Source: Acidobacteriota bacterium
Lineage (GTDB): Bacteria; Acidobacteriota; UBA6911
DNA length: 64,000 nt
Reading direction: 5' to 3'
NCBI GenBank assembly: GCA_963664705.1
Contig: OY761556.1
Location: 3,008,001-3,072,000 of the forward strand
A program made the position numbers and the translations under genes. Numbering within the stretch: position 1 is the stretch's first letter; every line of letters starts with the position of its first letter. The notes below the pieces were generated by a model, which saw only the letters and a program-made list of their open reading frames with translations, ran no database searches and was not told the origin of the DNA. Shown piece by piece: positions 38,936-48,233 of the stretch.

Positions 38936-39184
38936 ATGACAAAGCACATCGACTTCGACAACCTCCCCTCCTTTCGAAATCTCTAGCAAACGGAGGAAGG
39001 GGATATCCCTCCGAAACCAAAGTTCGTCGCGGCGAGAGAACTGTCCACCTCGAAAAAGAACTGCATGAAAAACTCGGTCGCAATGATCTATGCCCATGCG
39101 GATCCGGGCATCGGTTTCAAACAATGTTGTTTGCGATCGGGTCATTTCGACGGAAGCAATCGAAATCACTATTCAAGAGATTAG
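38936..39184 (+). CDS. Small SEC-C motif protein whose reading is interrupted by +1 frameshift(s); programmed recoding or pseudogene
   Basis: GGAGGT RBS before ATG 38936. KLGRNDLCPCGSGHRF is in one frame, and the completing KQCC appears only in the +1 frame after TTT-C (39115-39118). Two earlier +1 shifts (38972-38975, 39000-39003) are needed to join ATG 38936. Confidence 0.7.
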
Positions 39185-39226
39185 CGGCAAAATGCCAAGC
39201 GCCCTGATTCGTTTCGTGGATTGATA

Positions 39227-39257
39227 GGCTGCCGGTCGCTTATTGGCACCGGCAGCC
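39227..39257. terminator. Hairpin between convergent SEC-C and SDR genes
   Basis: GGCTGCCGGT...ACCGGCAGCC, 10-bp arms. Confidence 0.55.
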
Positions 39258-39295
39258 AGGACCAGAAGTATCTATAGAGTGCGGGAGACCTTAAC

Positions 39296-40054
39296 CTAAT
39301 GAAGCGAAACGCCTCCATCGTGCACGATTAACTGTCCGGTGATCATCCGGCTGTCATCGCTGGCGAGAAAAAGCGCCACTCCGACGAGATCCTCAGGATA
39401 GGCCGGCTTCTTCAGGCAGCGCACAGCCATCTGCAATTCGTCAAGAGGAGCAGGCGGGAACTTCTTATTCCGATCGAATTCATCCCCTCCCTCCGAGTGG
39501 GTGAAGCCGGGGGCGATTGCATTTACATTGATATTGTATTCGCCGAGTTCGCGGGCCATTCCGCGCGTAAAGGCCATAATGGCACCTTTGGAGGAAATGT
39601 AATGCGGCATGCCCGCGACTCCTTCGAAAATGGTTCCCGAGGAGATGTTGATGATCTTCCCACCCTTGTCTTTCATGTGGGGAAAGACTGCCTTCACGCA
39701 CTGAAAGGGGCCCAGAGTGTTGACTTCCATAACCCGCATCCATTCCTCGCGGGTTACTTCCATGAAAGGTTTTATGGTTACCAGCAATCCCGCATTGTTC
39801 ACAAGAATATCAACGGCGCCAAATCGATCCATGGCGGTCTTCACCATGGCGTCACATTGTTCCTGCTGGCTCACATCGGTTTTAATATAAAGGGCCTGGC
39901 TTCCAGCCTTCTCAATGGCGGAAACGGTATCTGTCCCATCTGCGATATCCGCGACAACGACTCTCGCCCCTTCTTTCGCAAATCCGACTGCAAATGCAGC
40001 GCCGATTCCACGGGCCGCCCCTGTTATGATCGCAACCTTATCTTTAAGTCTCAC
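39296..40054 (-). CDS. Short-chain dehydrogenase/reductase (classical, probably NAD-dependent)
   Basis: TGAARGIG, VVADI, NNAG, YISSK, VNAIAPG, GQLIVHDGG. GTG start with AAGGAG RBS. Confidence 0.95.
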   Translation of the reverse strand: MRLKDKVAIITGAARGIGAAFAVGFAKEGARVVVADIADGTDTVSAIEKAGSQALYIKTDVSQQEQCDAMVKTAMDRFGAVDILVNNAGLLVTIKPFMEVTREEWMRVMEVNTLGPFQCVKAVFPHMKDKGGKIINISSGTIFEGVAGMPHYISSKGAIMAFTRGMARELGEYNINVNAIAPGFTHSEGGDEFDRNKKFPPAPLDELQMAVRCLKKPAYPEDLVGVALFLASDDSRMITGQLIVHDGGVSLH

Positions 40055-40283
40055 CGCAGGCTCCTTTCGCAAGCACGAAAGGCTATCATACAGAATTTCT
40101 CAAATGCTCCCCAGGACTTATTCGACAGACAAATTCCGCGGCGGGCAGGAGGCAGTATTCGCCCCGGGGTGTCATGATTCCGCGATTGGTCATTGCCGCA
40201 ATTTGGCCGATAACAGCGCAGCAAACAGGAAACGGCACTCAGGACCCGTCTTCCTGCATCCGGCGCGCATGCCCACATTGCGG

Positions 40284-42380
40284 TCAAAGTCTCACATAAC
40301 CACCGGATGCATTGGTCCGCTGGAATGCGCCAACCATTGCCTTCATTTCCTCGGCCTGTCCGGAAAGTTTCTCTGCCGCATCGGCAGATTCCTCTGCGTT
40401 GCCAGCTACCTGCTGCGTCACCTGATTCATTTGTTCAACCGCCGTATTGACCTGTTCCACCCCCTGGCTCTGTTGCTCGGATGCGAGAGCGATCTCATTC
40501 ATTACAGCGCTGACCTTGTTCACCTGACGGTTGATCTCCGTCAGGTTATTCATTACCTCCTGGTTAATCGAAACTCCGCCTTCAGCGTTCCGGACGGATT
40601 CCGCAATCATGTTAGCTGTGTTTTTGGCGGCTTCAGCACTGCGCATGGCAAGGTTTCGCACTTCTTCGGCAACCACGGCAAATCCTTTTCCCGCATCGCC
40701 CGCACGCGCCGCTTCAACCGCAGCATTCAGCGCGAGCAGGTTGGTCTGGAATGCGATTTCGTCAATCGTCCGGACAATCCTGGCCGTCGAATCGGAAGAC
40801 GATTTGATCTTGTCAATCGAGTCGGAAAGTCGCTTCATGCTTTCCACACCCCTGCCCGCAGTGGACAGGGCGCCCTCCGCGAGATTGCGTGCTTCTTTTG
40901 CATTTTCCGCATTCCGCTTTGTCATTGAAGCCATTTCATGCAGGCTGCTCGACACCTCTTCCAGCGAACTTGCCTGTTCCGAAGCACCCTGCGAGAGGGA
41001 CTGACTGTCTGAAGAGATCTGGCTGGAGGCGGAGGCTACCTGTTCGGCCGCAAGCCCTGACTGGGTCAGCGCTTCATCCAGATTTGTGATCAGGGTGTTT
41101 ATGTTTTTCTTCATTGTCTCGAAATCACCCTGGTAATCGCGTTTGACCCGCGCAGTCAGGTCCTTGTTGGCAGCGGCGAGAAGGGCTGCGCCACCATCTT
41201 CTTCAATGAGGGAGCGCAGGGTATCGATGCACCGGTTCAGGCTATTCTTGATATTGTTGAAATCGCCATTATAGTCCTTAGTGATTTTCGGAGGGATGGC
41301 TCCTTTGCTGATGCGCGCGATGTAATCGGATGCCATCTGTAATGGCTCCACCACCGCATCCAGAGTCGCATTGAAGCCCGACACCATGGTGCGATATCCG
41401 CCTTCAAACTGTTCTGCTTTGCCGCGATGGGCCAGGTTGCCTTCCCGGGCGCTTCGGATCATTCCATTTATCTCATCCGTCACTTTGCGAAGATTAGCCA
41501 AGGCGGCTTCAAAGGAGGCGACAGTGCCTTGCGTCCTGAAGATGATGCCATCGACACTCCGAGCCAGGTCGCCGATTTCATCTTTGGTATCAATGTCGAG
41601 CGGTTCAGTGCCGGTGACAACCTTGATATCGAGATCGCCGCGGGCCATTGCCTCCGTCGCTTTTCCAAGGTTGGAAATGCAGATGTTTTGCAGCTTTTCG
41701 GCACGGGAGGCAACCTGTTTGATCGGGTTTGATATTTTGCGGGATGTCCAGAGTCCACATGCGACAGCAAGCCCAATGCCGATTCCAATAATTGCCACGG
41801 ACAGTTGTCTTCCATTGCCGGCGATAGCGGCATTATGTTCGGATGCAGCTTTGGCCTGGAAGGTGTTTTCATCAACAAGATTATCAATTGCCGCTACAAT
41901 TGTATCTGCGGATTGAAGGAATGGGCCTCGCATGAATGCCAGCGCTTCCTTTTTATTGCCGGCTTGCAGCATCTTTGCAAACTTCTCAAAATCCTCCGTA
42001 TACTTTTGCATGCCCAATGAGAGTCGGTCGAAGGTCTCTCTTTCGCTTTTTCTGACGACGACAGGGCGATGCTCCTTAATGAATGCGTTGATGCTGCTTA
42101 TCAGTTCCCGCACGCCTGCAAGTTTCAAATCTCTATCGCTGGAATCCTCAGCCAGAAGCGCATCCCGAACATTTACTCGCAGCAACTGCATCGTCTTGGC
42201 TGATTCTGCGGCTTTGCCCAACGGCAATACATTCGCTTGATACATGGCCATGTCGGCTTTGCTCAACGTTTCCAGCTGGAGTATGCCGAAACATCCAACC
42301 GCGCCCGCCGCCAGCGCCAATAAGGTTGCGAAGCAGATCAGTTTGGAGGTGATTTTCATGTCATAATACCACTTCAACAT
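40284..42380 (-). CDS. Methyl-accepting chemotaxis protein (4HB sensor, multiple HAMP domains)
   Basis: [40 protein letters not shown], two TM helices, DEIGDLA. CAGGAG RBS. Confidence 0.95.
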   Translation of the reverse strand: MLKWYYDMKITSKLICFATLLALAAGAVGCFGILQLETLSKADMAMYQANVLPLGKAAESAKTMQLLRVNVRDALLAEDSSDRDLKLAGVRELISSINAFIKEHRPVVVRKSERETFDRLSLGMQKYTEDFEKFAKMLQAGNKKEALAFMRGPFLQSADTIVAAIDNLVDENTFQAKAASEHNAAIAGNGRQLSVAIIGIGIGLAVACGLWTSRKISNPIKQVASRAEKLQNICISNLGKATEAMARGDLDIKVVTGTEPLDIDTKDEIGDLARSVDGIIFRTQGTVASFEAALANLRKVTDEINGMIRSAREGNLAHRGKAEQFEGGYRTMVSGFNATLDAVVEPLQMASDYIARISKGAIPPKITKDYNGDFNNIKNSLNRCIDTLRSLIEEDGGAALLAAANKDLTARVKRDYQGDFETMKKNINTLITNLDEALTQSGLAAEQVASASSQISSDSQSLSQGASEQASSLEEVSSSLHEMASMTKRNAENAKEARNLAEGALSTAGRGVESMKRLSDSIDKIKSSSDSTARIVRTIDEIAFQTNLLALNAAVEAARAGDAGKGFAVVAEEVRNLAMRSAEAAKNTANMIAESVRNAEGGVSINQEVMNNLTEINRQVNKVSAVMNEIALASEQQSQGVEQVNTAVEQMNQVTQQVAGNAEESADAAEKLSGQAEEMKAMVGAFQRTNASGGYVRL

Positions 42381-42556
42381 TGCTATCTCCTGTTGCCTGC
42401 TTGTTGCCAGGTTTCTGCTTTCGGCTTCCGCCGTAAACATGGCGCGGACCTTCTGCATTGATAACACGCAGTTCCTATCCAGAAGCATCCTGGCTTGCCC
42501 TGTAATTCAACTGATCCCGGGGTTTATGCCCTCCCCGCTGCAAATAATGCCGGCAT

Positions 42557-42604
42557 AAATAAAAATAGGCGCAGCAGGCAATCTCTGAATTGCCCACTGC
42601 GCCT
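42557..42604 (-). terminator. Intrinsic terminator upstream of the MCP gene
   Basis: Minus strand AGGCGCAGUGGGCAAU-UCAGAG-AUUGCCUGCUGCGCCU followed by AUUUUUAUUU. Confidence 0.7.
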
Positions 42605-42696
42605 TCAACTTGCAGACCTTATTGCCTACACGCCAAGACACTATAATTACAGTATTCTTAAATGCATACAGCAGGGAGTTTCGTCCCGAATGCTAC
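42557..42696 (-). ncRNA. Candidate structured sRNA or attenuator leader, about 140 nt
   Basis: Bounded by a sigma28-like promoter and an intrinsic terminator. Four successive hairpins with G-U pairs that form only on the minus strand. Confidence 0.45.
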
Positions 42697-42701
42697 ATTC
42701 A

Positions 42702-42730
42702 TTATCGGCGATAGGATATTGCCCCCTTAA
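42702..42730 (-). promoter_or_regulatory. Candidate sigma28 (FliA) promoter
   Basis: Minus strand TAAG-16 nt-GCCGATAA (perfect -10 box, imperfect -35), oriented towards an MCP gene. Confidence 0.55.
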
Positions 42731-42928
42731 TGAAGAAATGCATTTACATAGCATTTTGCCCAATTTAACCGCATGTCTCTTTGGAACTTGAGACAATAAT
42801 CGGAATCCTCGCAGCCAGCCTCATCCTCGGCGGGAATCGTGGTCATACGCCGTAAATCTTCTCGGCTGTTTTTCCCGGCAACCGATTTTCCTATTGGAAT
42901 GGAAAAATTGGGTAATGAATCCATCTTC

Positions 42929-42960
42929 TGGTGGTTTTTTGAAGGTTTTGTCGCGTTTAG
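42929..42960 (+). promoter_or_regulatory. Candidate ECF-sigma promoter, copy 1
   Basis: TGGTGGttTTTTgaaggttttgtCGCGTtTAG; same spacing as the motif at 50051-50082. Confidence 0.45.
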
Positions 42961-42997
42961 GAATGAACGGAATTCCAAAGCATCCAGGAGGTCAGTT

Positions 42998-44494
42998 ATG
43001 AAGGCTACAAACGCGGCCATTATGTTCGGATTCGTCCTCGTATTGTGTGCATCGATACGCTGCAGCTCCGCTCGCACATGGGAGGAGAAAGAGGTTCCTC
43101 TCAAACTGTATGTACCGGAGAGTAAACAATATACATTGCACAAGCCAGAACCGTGGAAAGTACAGGAAGAATCCAGGGACGATGCTTTCCGGATTCTGGT
43201 GTCTTCCGCTGACGGAAACTCCTTAGTTGACCTGTTTTGGGCCCGAAACGATCTGGGAAAACCGGATGCGCTCCGCCTTCTGTCAACCTACCAGGAATAT
43301 CTGGGCCGGAGGCACGCCGATGTAACGTTCAGCGAGGTATTTCTGTCTGCGGATTCATCCCGGGCCGTCGCGGCCGTCCGTTACCGGACCGGCCAATCCA
43401 TCATCAAAGGGCGCTATTTCTTTGAATCCAAACCCAAAGGATTATCCGTGCAAGGCTATTGTGCGCCGGAGAACCGCTTGACGGCGGAGCGATCATTGCT
43501 CCTCAATGTGATGGCAAGCATGGCTTTTTCCAAGACTCAGGCGAAAGGGAATCCTGCCCGCAGTTCCGCGGAATCTCAGCCTCAGTTCGTCCAACTGCCG
43601 TTGGTGCCGAAGCGGGCATCCGATGGCAGTCTTTCGATGAAAGTGCCGGCGGATTGGAAGTTCCTGGGAGGCGGCGGGAAGGTGGTCGCCAGTTCACCCG
43701 ACGGAGGAATGGGCGTCATGTTTACCACCTTCTCGGGCAATCCGTTTCTGAGGAATGCGCCGATCAGCCAAGGGGTGATTGGCTCCCAATACCTCCCACC
43801 GGCACAGACCTTGACCACAATATTCAATGGCTTTGGAAATAGGGGCGTTCGCATCCTTTCAGCACAAGCGGACCGCGCAACCGATCAACAGTTTTTGGCA
43901 ACCATCGGCCGGCGTTCCGAAACGCAGGATTTTATGGTCAGGTGGGATTCCCCCTCGGGGACTCCTTGTATCGGAGCCTTCAAGATGATAAATGCTCAGC
44001 CAAACGTGACGGGGCTTTGGTTCTGCATTGTGGCTGGGATATGGGGACCTGAAAAGGATTTTTACCGGTTCTATCCAATGCTTGAATCGATAGGATCGTC
44101 CTTTTCTATAAACGATCAGTTCGCCCGACAATATATCCAGGCAGGCCTGGAAAACCTGCGCCGTCTGCAGCAACAGACCATGGCTGCAATGCAAGATCTC
44201 AACCGGTCCCGGGAGCAAAATCAGAGTGCGTGGGAAGCCCGGCAGGAACGAAAGGAATTCATGGATTCCAATTGGGACGATTACTGGCGAGGCCATACTT
44301 ATTGGGTTTCGGCGCTGGAGGGCGGAAAAGTCTATAGTACCGACAACTGGGGTACGAGTGACAATGTTACAGGAGATTACCACGAAGGGGATGCCTACAA
44401 ATGGACCAATTTTGGCGGACAAAATCCGAACTACCCCTCTGAAAACATGCGGGAAGTAAGCGGTTATGAACTGAAGCAGCTTCAGATGAAATAA
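42998..44494 (+). CDS. Secreted hypothetical protein
   Basis: AGGAGG RBS, signal peptide, two PsbP-like segments (KPEPW, VPADW), Q-rich helix, aromatic C-terminus. Confidence 0.75.
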   Translation: MKATNAAIMFGFVLVLCASIRCSSARTWEEKEVPLKLYVPESKQYTLHKPEPWKVQEESRDDAFRILVSSADGNSLVDLFWARNDLGKPDALRLLSTYQEYLGRRHADVTFSEVFLSADSSRAVAAVRYRTGQSIIKGRYFFESKPKGLSVQGYCAPENRLTAERSLLLNVMASMAFSKTQAKGNPARSSAESQPQFVQLPLVPKRASDGSLSMKVPADWKFLGGGGKVVASSPDGGMGVMFTTFSGNPFLRNAPISQGVIGSQYLPPAQTLTTIFNGFGNRGVRILSAQADRATDQQFLATIGRRSETQDFMVRWDSPSGTPCIGAFKMINAQPNVTGLWFCIVAGIWGPEKDFYRFYPMLESIGSSFSINDQFARQYIQAGLENLRRLQQQTMAAMQDLNRSREQNQSAWEARQERKEFMDSNWDDYWRGHTYWVSALEGGKVYSTDNWGTSDNVTGDYHEGDAYKWTNFGGQNPNYPSENMREVSGYELKQLQMK

Positions 44495-44626
44495 TATCGG
44501 TATGTTGTGGCTGATTCGGTCAAGTCGGGAGAAGCAGTGCGGGAAGCCAGGAACCGGAAGCCATTGGACTTCGTCCAATGACACTTTGGAACCTGGCTTG
44601 ACCGATTCCAGAGAAAACCACAGACT

Positions 44627-47218
44627 TTATCTCTGTCGCGATTTGAACGCCGCCGCCTTTTCGCTTTCCTTCCCTGCCTCATAAAAAACAACGACGCGTT
44701 GCAGAGCCTCTCGCGTCCGCTCATGGTTTGAGCCCAGTGTTTTTTCCAACTGCTCATAGCTGGAAACCAGCACCGGTCCGGCTTCCGATCGGTTCCCTAA
44801 CTTGCCAAGGCATTCTGCCCAGATACTCTTCGAATTGACGACCAGCCAGTGTGTATCGGGCAGGACGCGGCGCCGCAATTGCAGGCTCTCCGCCAAATAG
44901 GGCAAGGCTTCGGAAGGACGATTCTCCGCCATCAGGCTTTTCCCGAGGATCTGAAGAGCCGCCGGAATCATGGGATGAATTTCCGGCAATGAAGTGCCTC
45001 TCATTGCCAGCACTTCCCGTGACAATCGACAGGCTTCGGGATAATCTCCCTTGTCGAACATCAGGTATGCATAATTCTGAAGAGTCCAGGCGACATCGGG
45101 ATGCCCCGCTCCCAGCAGTTTCCTGCGCAAATCGAGCACCTGCCTGAAAAGAGCTTCCGCCTCCGGATATTTTTTCAACGCCTCCTTGATGCTGGCCAGG
45201 TTGCTCATGGTGACGACAACCTCAAGATCTTCAATACCTCGGAGTGATTTGAGGATGGAAAGGGCCTCCTCATGCAAGCTTTCGGCTTCCGGGTACTTGC
45301 CGCGGGTACCCAGCACAATGGCCAGATTATTCAGGCTTTCAGCAACGTCCAGATGCCGGCTCCCCTCCAGTTTGCGGCGCAGGGCCAGGGAACGGCGGTG
45401 CAACTGCTCCGCCTGCTCGAAATCTCCCAGACGCAATCGCAAGGTCGCGAGCGTATCGGTCAGAGAAGCCGAGTCAAGGCTATCGGCTCCTGTCCTGGCT
45501 TCTACGAGGCGCAAGGCACGCCGGCATAAGGATTCCGCTGCCGCGGGATCCCCCCTCTCCATTGCAATAAGCGCAAGATGGTGAAGGTTCATTGCCACAT
45601 CGAGATTCTCGGGACCCAACAAGCGCTGCCGGATTTCGAGCGATCGCTGAATTTGCTGTTCCGCGAGGTCATACATTCCCAGACCCAGGTAAGCCAATCC
45701 CATGGTGGTACGGACTGCCGCCTCTGTAACGGGATCCGTTCGCAAATCCTGGCCGATGCGAAGGGATGCCTGATCGAGTAGAGAGGCTACGGTCACCTTC
45801 GGCCCACCGGTACGAGGATCCGCGGAACTGAGCATCTTCTGCAGAAAGCGAGTAACAGCCTCCGCCTTGGCGGCCTCCAACTGCGCATGATCCCGCTCCT
45901 GCCTGGCAATCCTCGCCTGACGCAAGGTGCCGATAATTCCTCCAGCCAGTGCCAGGATGACCATGGCGATAGCCAGAATCGGAATTGCGTTGCGATGAAA
46001 AAATTTGCCGGCACGATAGCCAAAGGTCGCAGCGCGCGCCTGAACGGGCAAACCCTCCAGGTGCCGCCTTATGTCCGAGGCGAATTGCTCTACCGACGAA
46101 TAACGTCGCCGGGACTCCTTGTGCATCGCCTTCAAGATGATATTGTCAAGATCGCCCCGCAGCTGCCGGCTCAACCGTCCTCCCGGCTCGCTTTTTGGCC
46201 CCTCAGCCTCCAGCATGTCTATAGCCCGATTTGAGTCGAGTGGCGCCTTGACCGCGAGGGAGCGCAAAACGGCGGTGCTGGGTTTTTCCGGCTCAACCTC
46301 CCCGATGATCCGAACGATTTCTGCCGGATTCCTGGTTTGCATCCGGTAAGGGGGACGGCCCGTAGCCAGTCTATAAAGCAAGATGCCCAGTGAATAAATG
46401 TCTGCGGTGGTATTAACCAATTCCCCGCGAGCCTGCTCCGGGCTCGAATAATCGGGTGTCATCATTAGCAGTCCAGGCTGGGTAGCCTGCGAATCGGCCG
46501 GACCAACTCCTGATGGAGTCACAAGTTTGGCAATTCCGAAATCCAGGAGTTTCGGTACTCCGCTGGGAGTCACCAAAATATTCCCGGGTTTCAAATCCCT
46601 ATGAATAACCAGATTCTGATGGGCAAACTGAACAGCGTCACAAACCTGCAAAAATAAATGCAGCTTTTCCGTCAGCGAAAGAACCTTTTCATCACAATAT
46701 TGGTTGATCGGAATCCCTTCCACGTATTCCATCACAAGGTAGGGAGAACCGTCACCAGTGCTGCCTCCATCCAACAGACGGGCGATATTGGGATGTTCCA
46801 GATTGGCCAGGATCTGCCGTTCGACCTGAAAACGCTCGAGGAGCATGTCATTGGCGCCACCGGGCCTCAACAGCTTGATGGCCACCTGTTTTTGATAGGC
46901 CTCATCGTCCCGTTCCGCAAGATAGACCATGCCCATTCCACCGCGGCCCAACTCGCGCACGATCCGGTACGGGCCAATCTGTCGGCCTACCCAGGCATTC
47001 CCTGACTTGTGTTCCAGAATCGCTACTCCATCGGGAGTGGCGGGATTTTCCAGGAATGAGCCCGATTTCCCCAGTGAAGCCAGCAAGGATTCCACCTCCA
47101 GGCGAAGCCGCGGATCACCATGGCAGGCCTGTTCAAGAAATGCGGCCTGCTGCGAAGGCGGAAGGAGCATGGCCTTCTGAAAAATGGCTTCAATCTCAGC
47201 CCAGGCGTCCATGTTCAT
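44627..47218 (-). CDS. Membrane Ser/Thr protein kinase with C-terminal TPR array
   Basis: LGRGGMGMVY, VAIK, HRDLKPGN, DFG, TPDYSSPE, TM helix, kinesin-light-chain-like TPRs. Confidence 0.95.
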   Translation of the reverse strand: MNMDAWAEIEAIFQKAMLLPPSQQAAFLEQACHGDPRLRLEVESLLASLGKSGSFLENPATPDGVAILEHKSGNAWVGRQIGPYRIVRELGRGGMGMVYLAERDDEAYQKQVAIKLLRPGGANDMLLERFQVERQILANLEHPNIARLLDGGSTGDGSPYLVMEYVEGIPINQYCDEKVLSLTEKLHLFLQVCDAVQFAHQNLVIHRDLKPGNILVTPSGVPKLLDFGIAKLVTPSGVGPADSQATQPGLLMMTPDYSSPEQARGELVNTTADIYSLGILLYRLATGRPPYRMQTRNPAEIVRIIGEVEPEKPSTAVLRSLAVKAPLDSNRAIDMLEAEGPKSEPGGRLSRQLRGDLDNIILKAMHKESRRRYSSVEQFASDIRRHLEGLPVQARAATFGYRAGKFFHRNAIPILAIAMVILALAGGIIGTLRQARIARQERDHAQLEAAKAEAVTRFLQKMLSSADPRTGGPKVTVASLLDQASLRIGQDLRTDPVTEAAVRTTMGLAYLGLGMYDLAEQQIQRSLEIRQRLLGPENLDVAMNLHHLALIAMERGDPAAAESLCRRALRLVEARTGADSLDSASLTDTLATLRLRLGDFEQAEQLHRRSLALRRKLEGSRHLDVAESLNNLAIVLGTRGKYPEAESLHEEALSILKSLRGIEDLEVVVTMSNLASIKEALKKYPEAEALFRQVLDLRRKLLGAGHPDVAWTLQNYAYLMFDKGDYPEACRLSREVLAMRGTSLPEIHPMIPAALQILGKSLMAENRPSEALPYLAESLQLRRRVLPDTHWLVVNSKSIWAECLGKLGNRSEAGPVLVSSYEQLEKTLGSNHERTREALQRVVVFYEAGKESEKAAAFKSRQR

Positions 47219-47241
47219 GCCGGATGATCCTCTTCTTTGAA

Positions 47242-47823
47242 TTAGGAAACCGAAGTATTGCCTGAACTCATTTCCCGGTATAGCCAGGCTTTTGCCATAT
47301 TCCAATCCCGCAAAACGGTATTCGGCGAGATTCCAAGGGTTTCAGCTGTTTCTTCCAGCGTTAGGCCCGCAAAATATCGGAGTTCGACGACCCGGCATTT
47401 CCGAGGATCGATTTTTTCGAAGGCGGCGAGCGCATCGTTCAGAGCCAGAAGATCCGGGGATCCTTCATCAACCGCGACCATGCATTCATCCAGAGAAACA
47501 GGGCTGACCGCCCCTCCCCGTTTCTGGCGGCGCTTCTCCCGGGCGTGATCCACCAGGATCCGGCGCATCAATCGTGCAGCAATGGCCATAAAGTGCCCCC
47601 GGTTTTCCCAGTGAATGTTTTTCTGGTTCACAAGTTTGAGATACGCCTCATTAATCAAGGCGCTGGTTTGCAGCGTGTGGCCCGGATTTTCGTGGCTCAT
47701 GCAACGGGAGGCGAGCTTGTGCAACTCCTGATACACGATTGGGATCAGTCGTTCCAAGGCGTCTTCATCGCCCATTTCCCAGCTTTGAAAGAGGAGCGTT
47801 AGATCTTGAGAAGGGATATCCAT
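47242..47823 (-). CDS. ECF sigma factor, kinase-associated (ECF43/TIGR02999-like)
   Basis: VYQELHKLA, HTLQTSALINEAY, MRRILVDHAR....KRGG, VELRYFAGLT, RDWNMAKAWL. Directly upstream of the kinase. Confidence 0.92.
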   Translation of the reverse strand: MDIPSQDLTLLFQSWEMGDEDALERLIPIVYQELHKLASRCMSHENPGHTLQTSALINEAYLKLVNQKNIHWENRGHFMAIAARLMRRILVDHAREKRRQKRGGAVSPVSLDECMVAVDEGSPDLLALNDALAAFEKIDPRKCRVVELRYFAGLTLEETAETLGISPNTVLRDWNMAKAWLYREMSSGNTSVS

Positions 47824-48233
47824 GCGTCAGCCCTCTGTCTAATTCTGCAATTGTGCGCGGCCGCTCAAGTCTAACAAAAAATAGCACCAAAATATATTGG
47901 CAAGGCTCTCCACGAAAACAGCTGGATGGCGCTGGGAAATCCGCGATCACACAGTCATAGTCTGCGGTCGGATAGGTTATAGGATCTTTGCCACAGACTC
48001 TTGATCGTCTTACGGGAATATCATGAGATGAGGTATTCGATGGTAGCTGAGGGTTTCCTGTTGGCTGGCGGCGCAGCGGTAAGGGCGCAGTAAAATGCAC
48101 TTCCAAACTGATTCATGATCGTTTGCGATTCGACCAACTCCGGGGTCGCACTGCCGCCAATGCCTGGCGGCAGTTGTTCCGATGCATTAACGGGCAGTTG
48201 GACAAACTCAATGCACGCCAATCTAACTACTTT

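Noticed and set aside
38923-39207. 94-aa ORF-track call as the complete SEC-C gene
   Set aside because: No SD before ATG 38923, and the SEC-C motif lacks its last two Cys, which lie in the +1 frame. It remains a possible alternative start.
40206-40213. Second GCCGATAA sigma28 -10 box
   Set aside because: No -35 element, and it points antisense into the MCP 3' end.
39915-40928. 337-aa + strand ORF overlapping SDR and MCP
   Set aside because: Antisense to two well-supported genes, with no recognisable motif or RBS.
42674-42687. CGAAAC suggesting a hammerhead ribozyme or c-di-GMP-I riboswitch
   Set aside because: No CUGANGA core, and the GGCAAAC..GAAA..GACGCAAA architecture is not met.
48021-48221. 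66-aa ORF between the PDZ gene and the ECF sigma gene
   Set aside because: No RBS or motif; probably non-coding.
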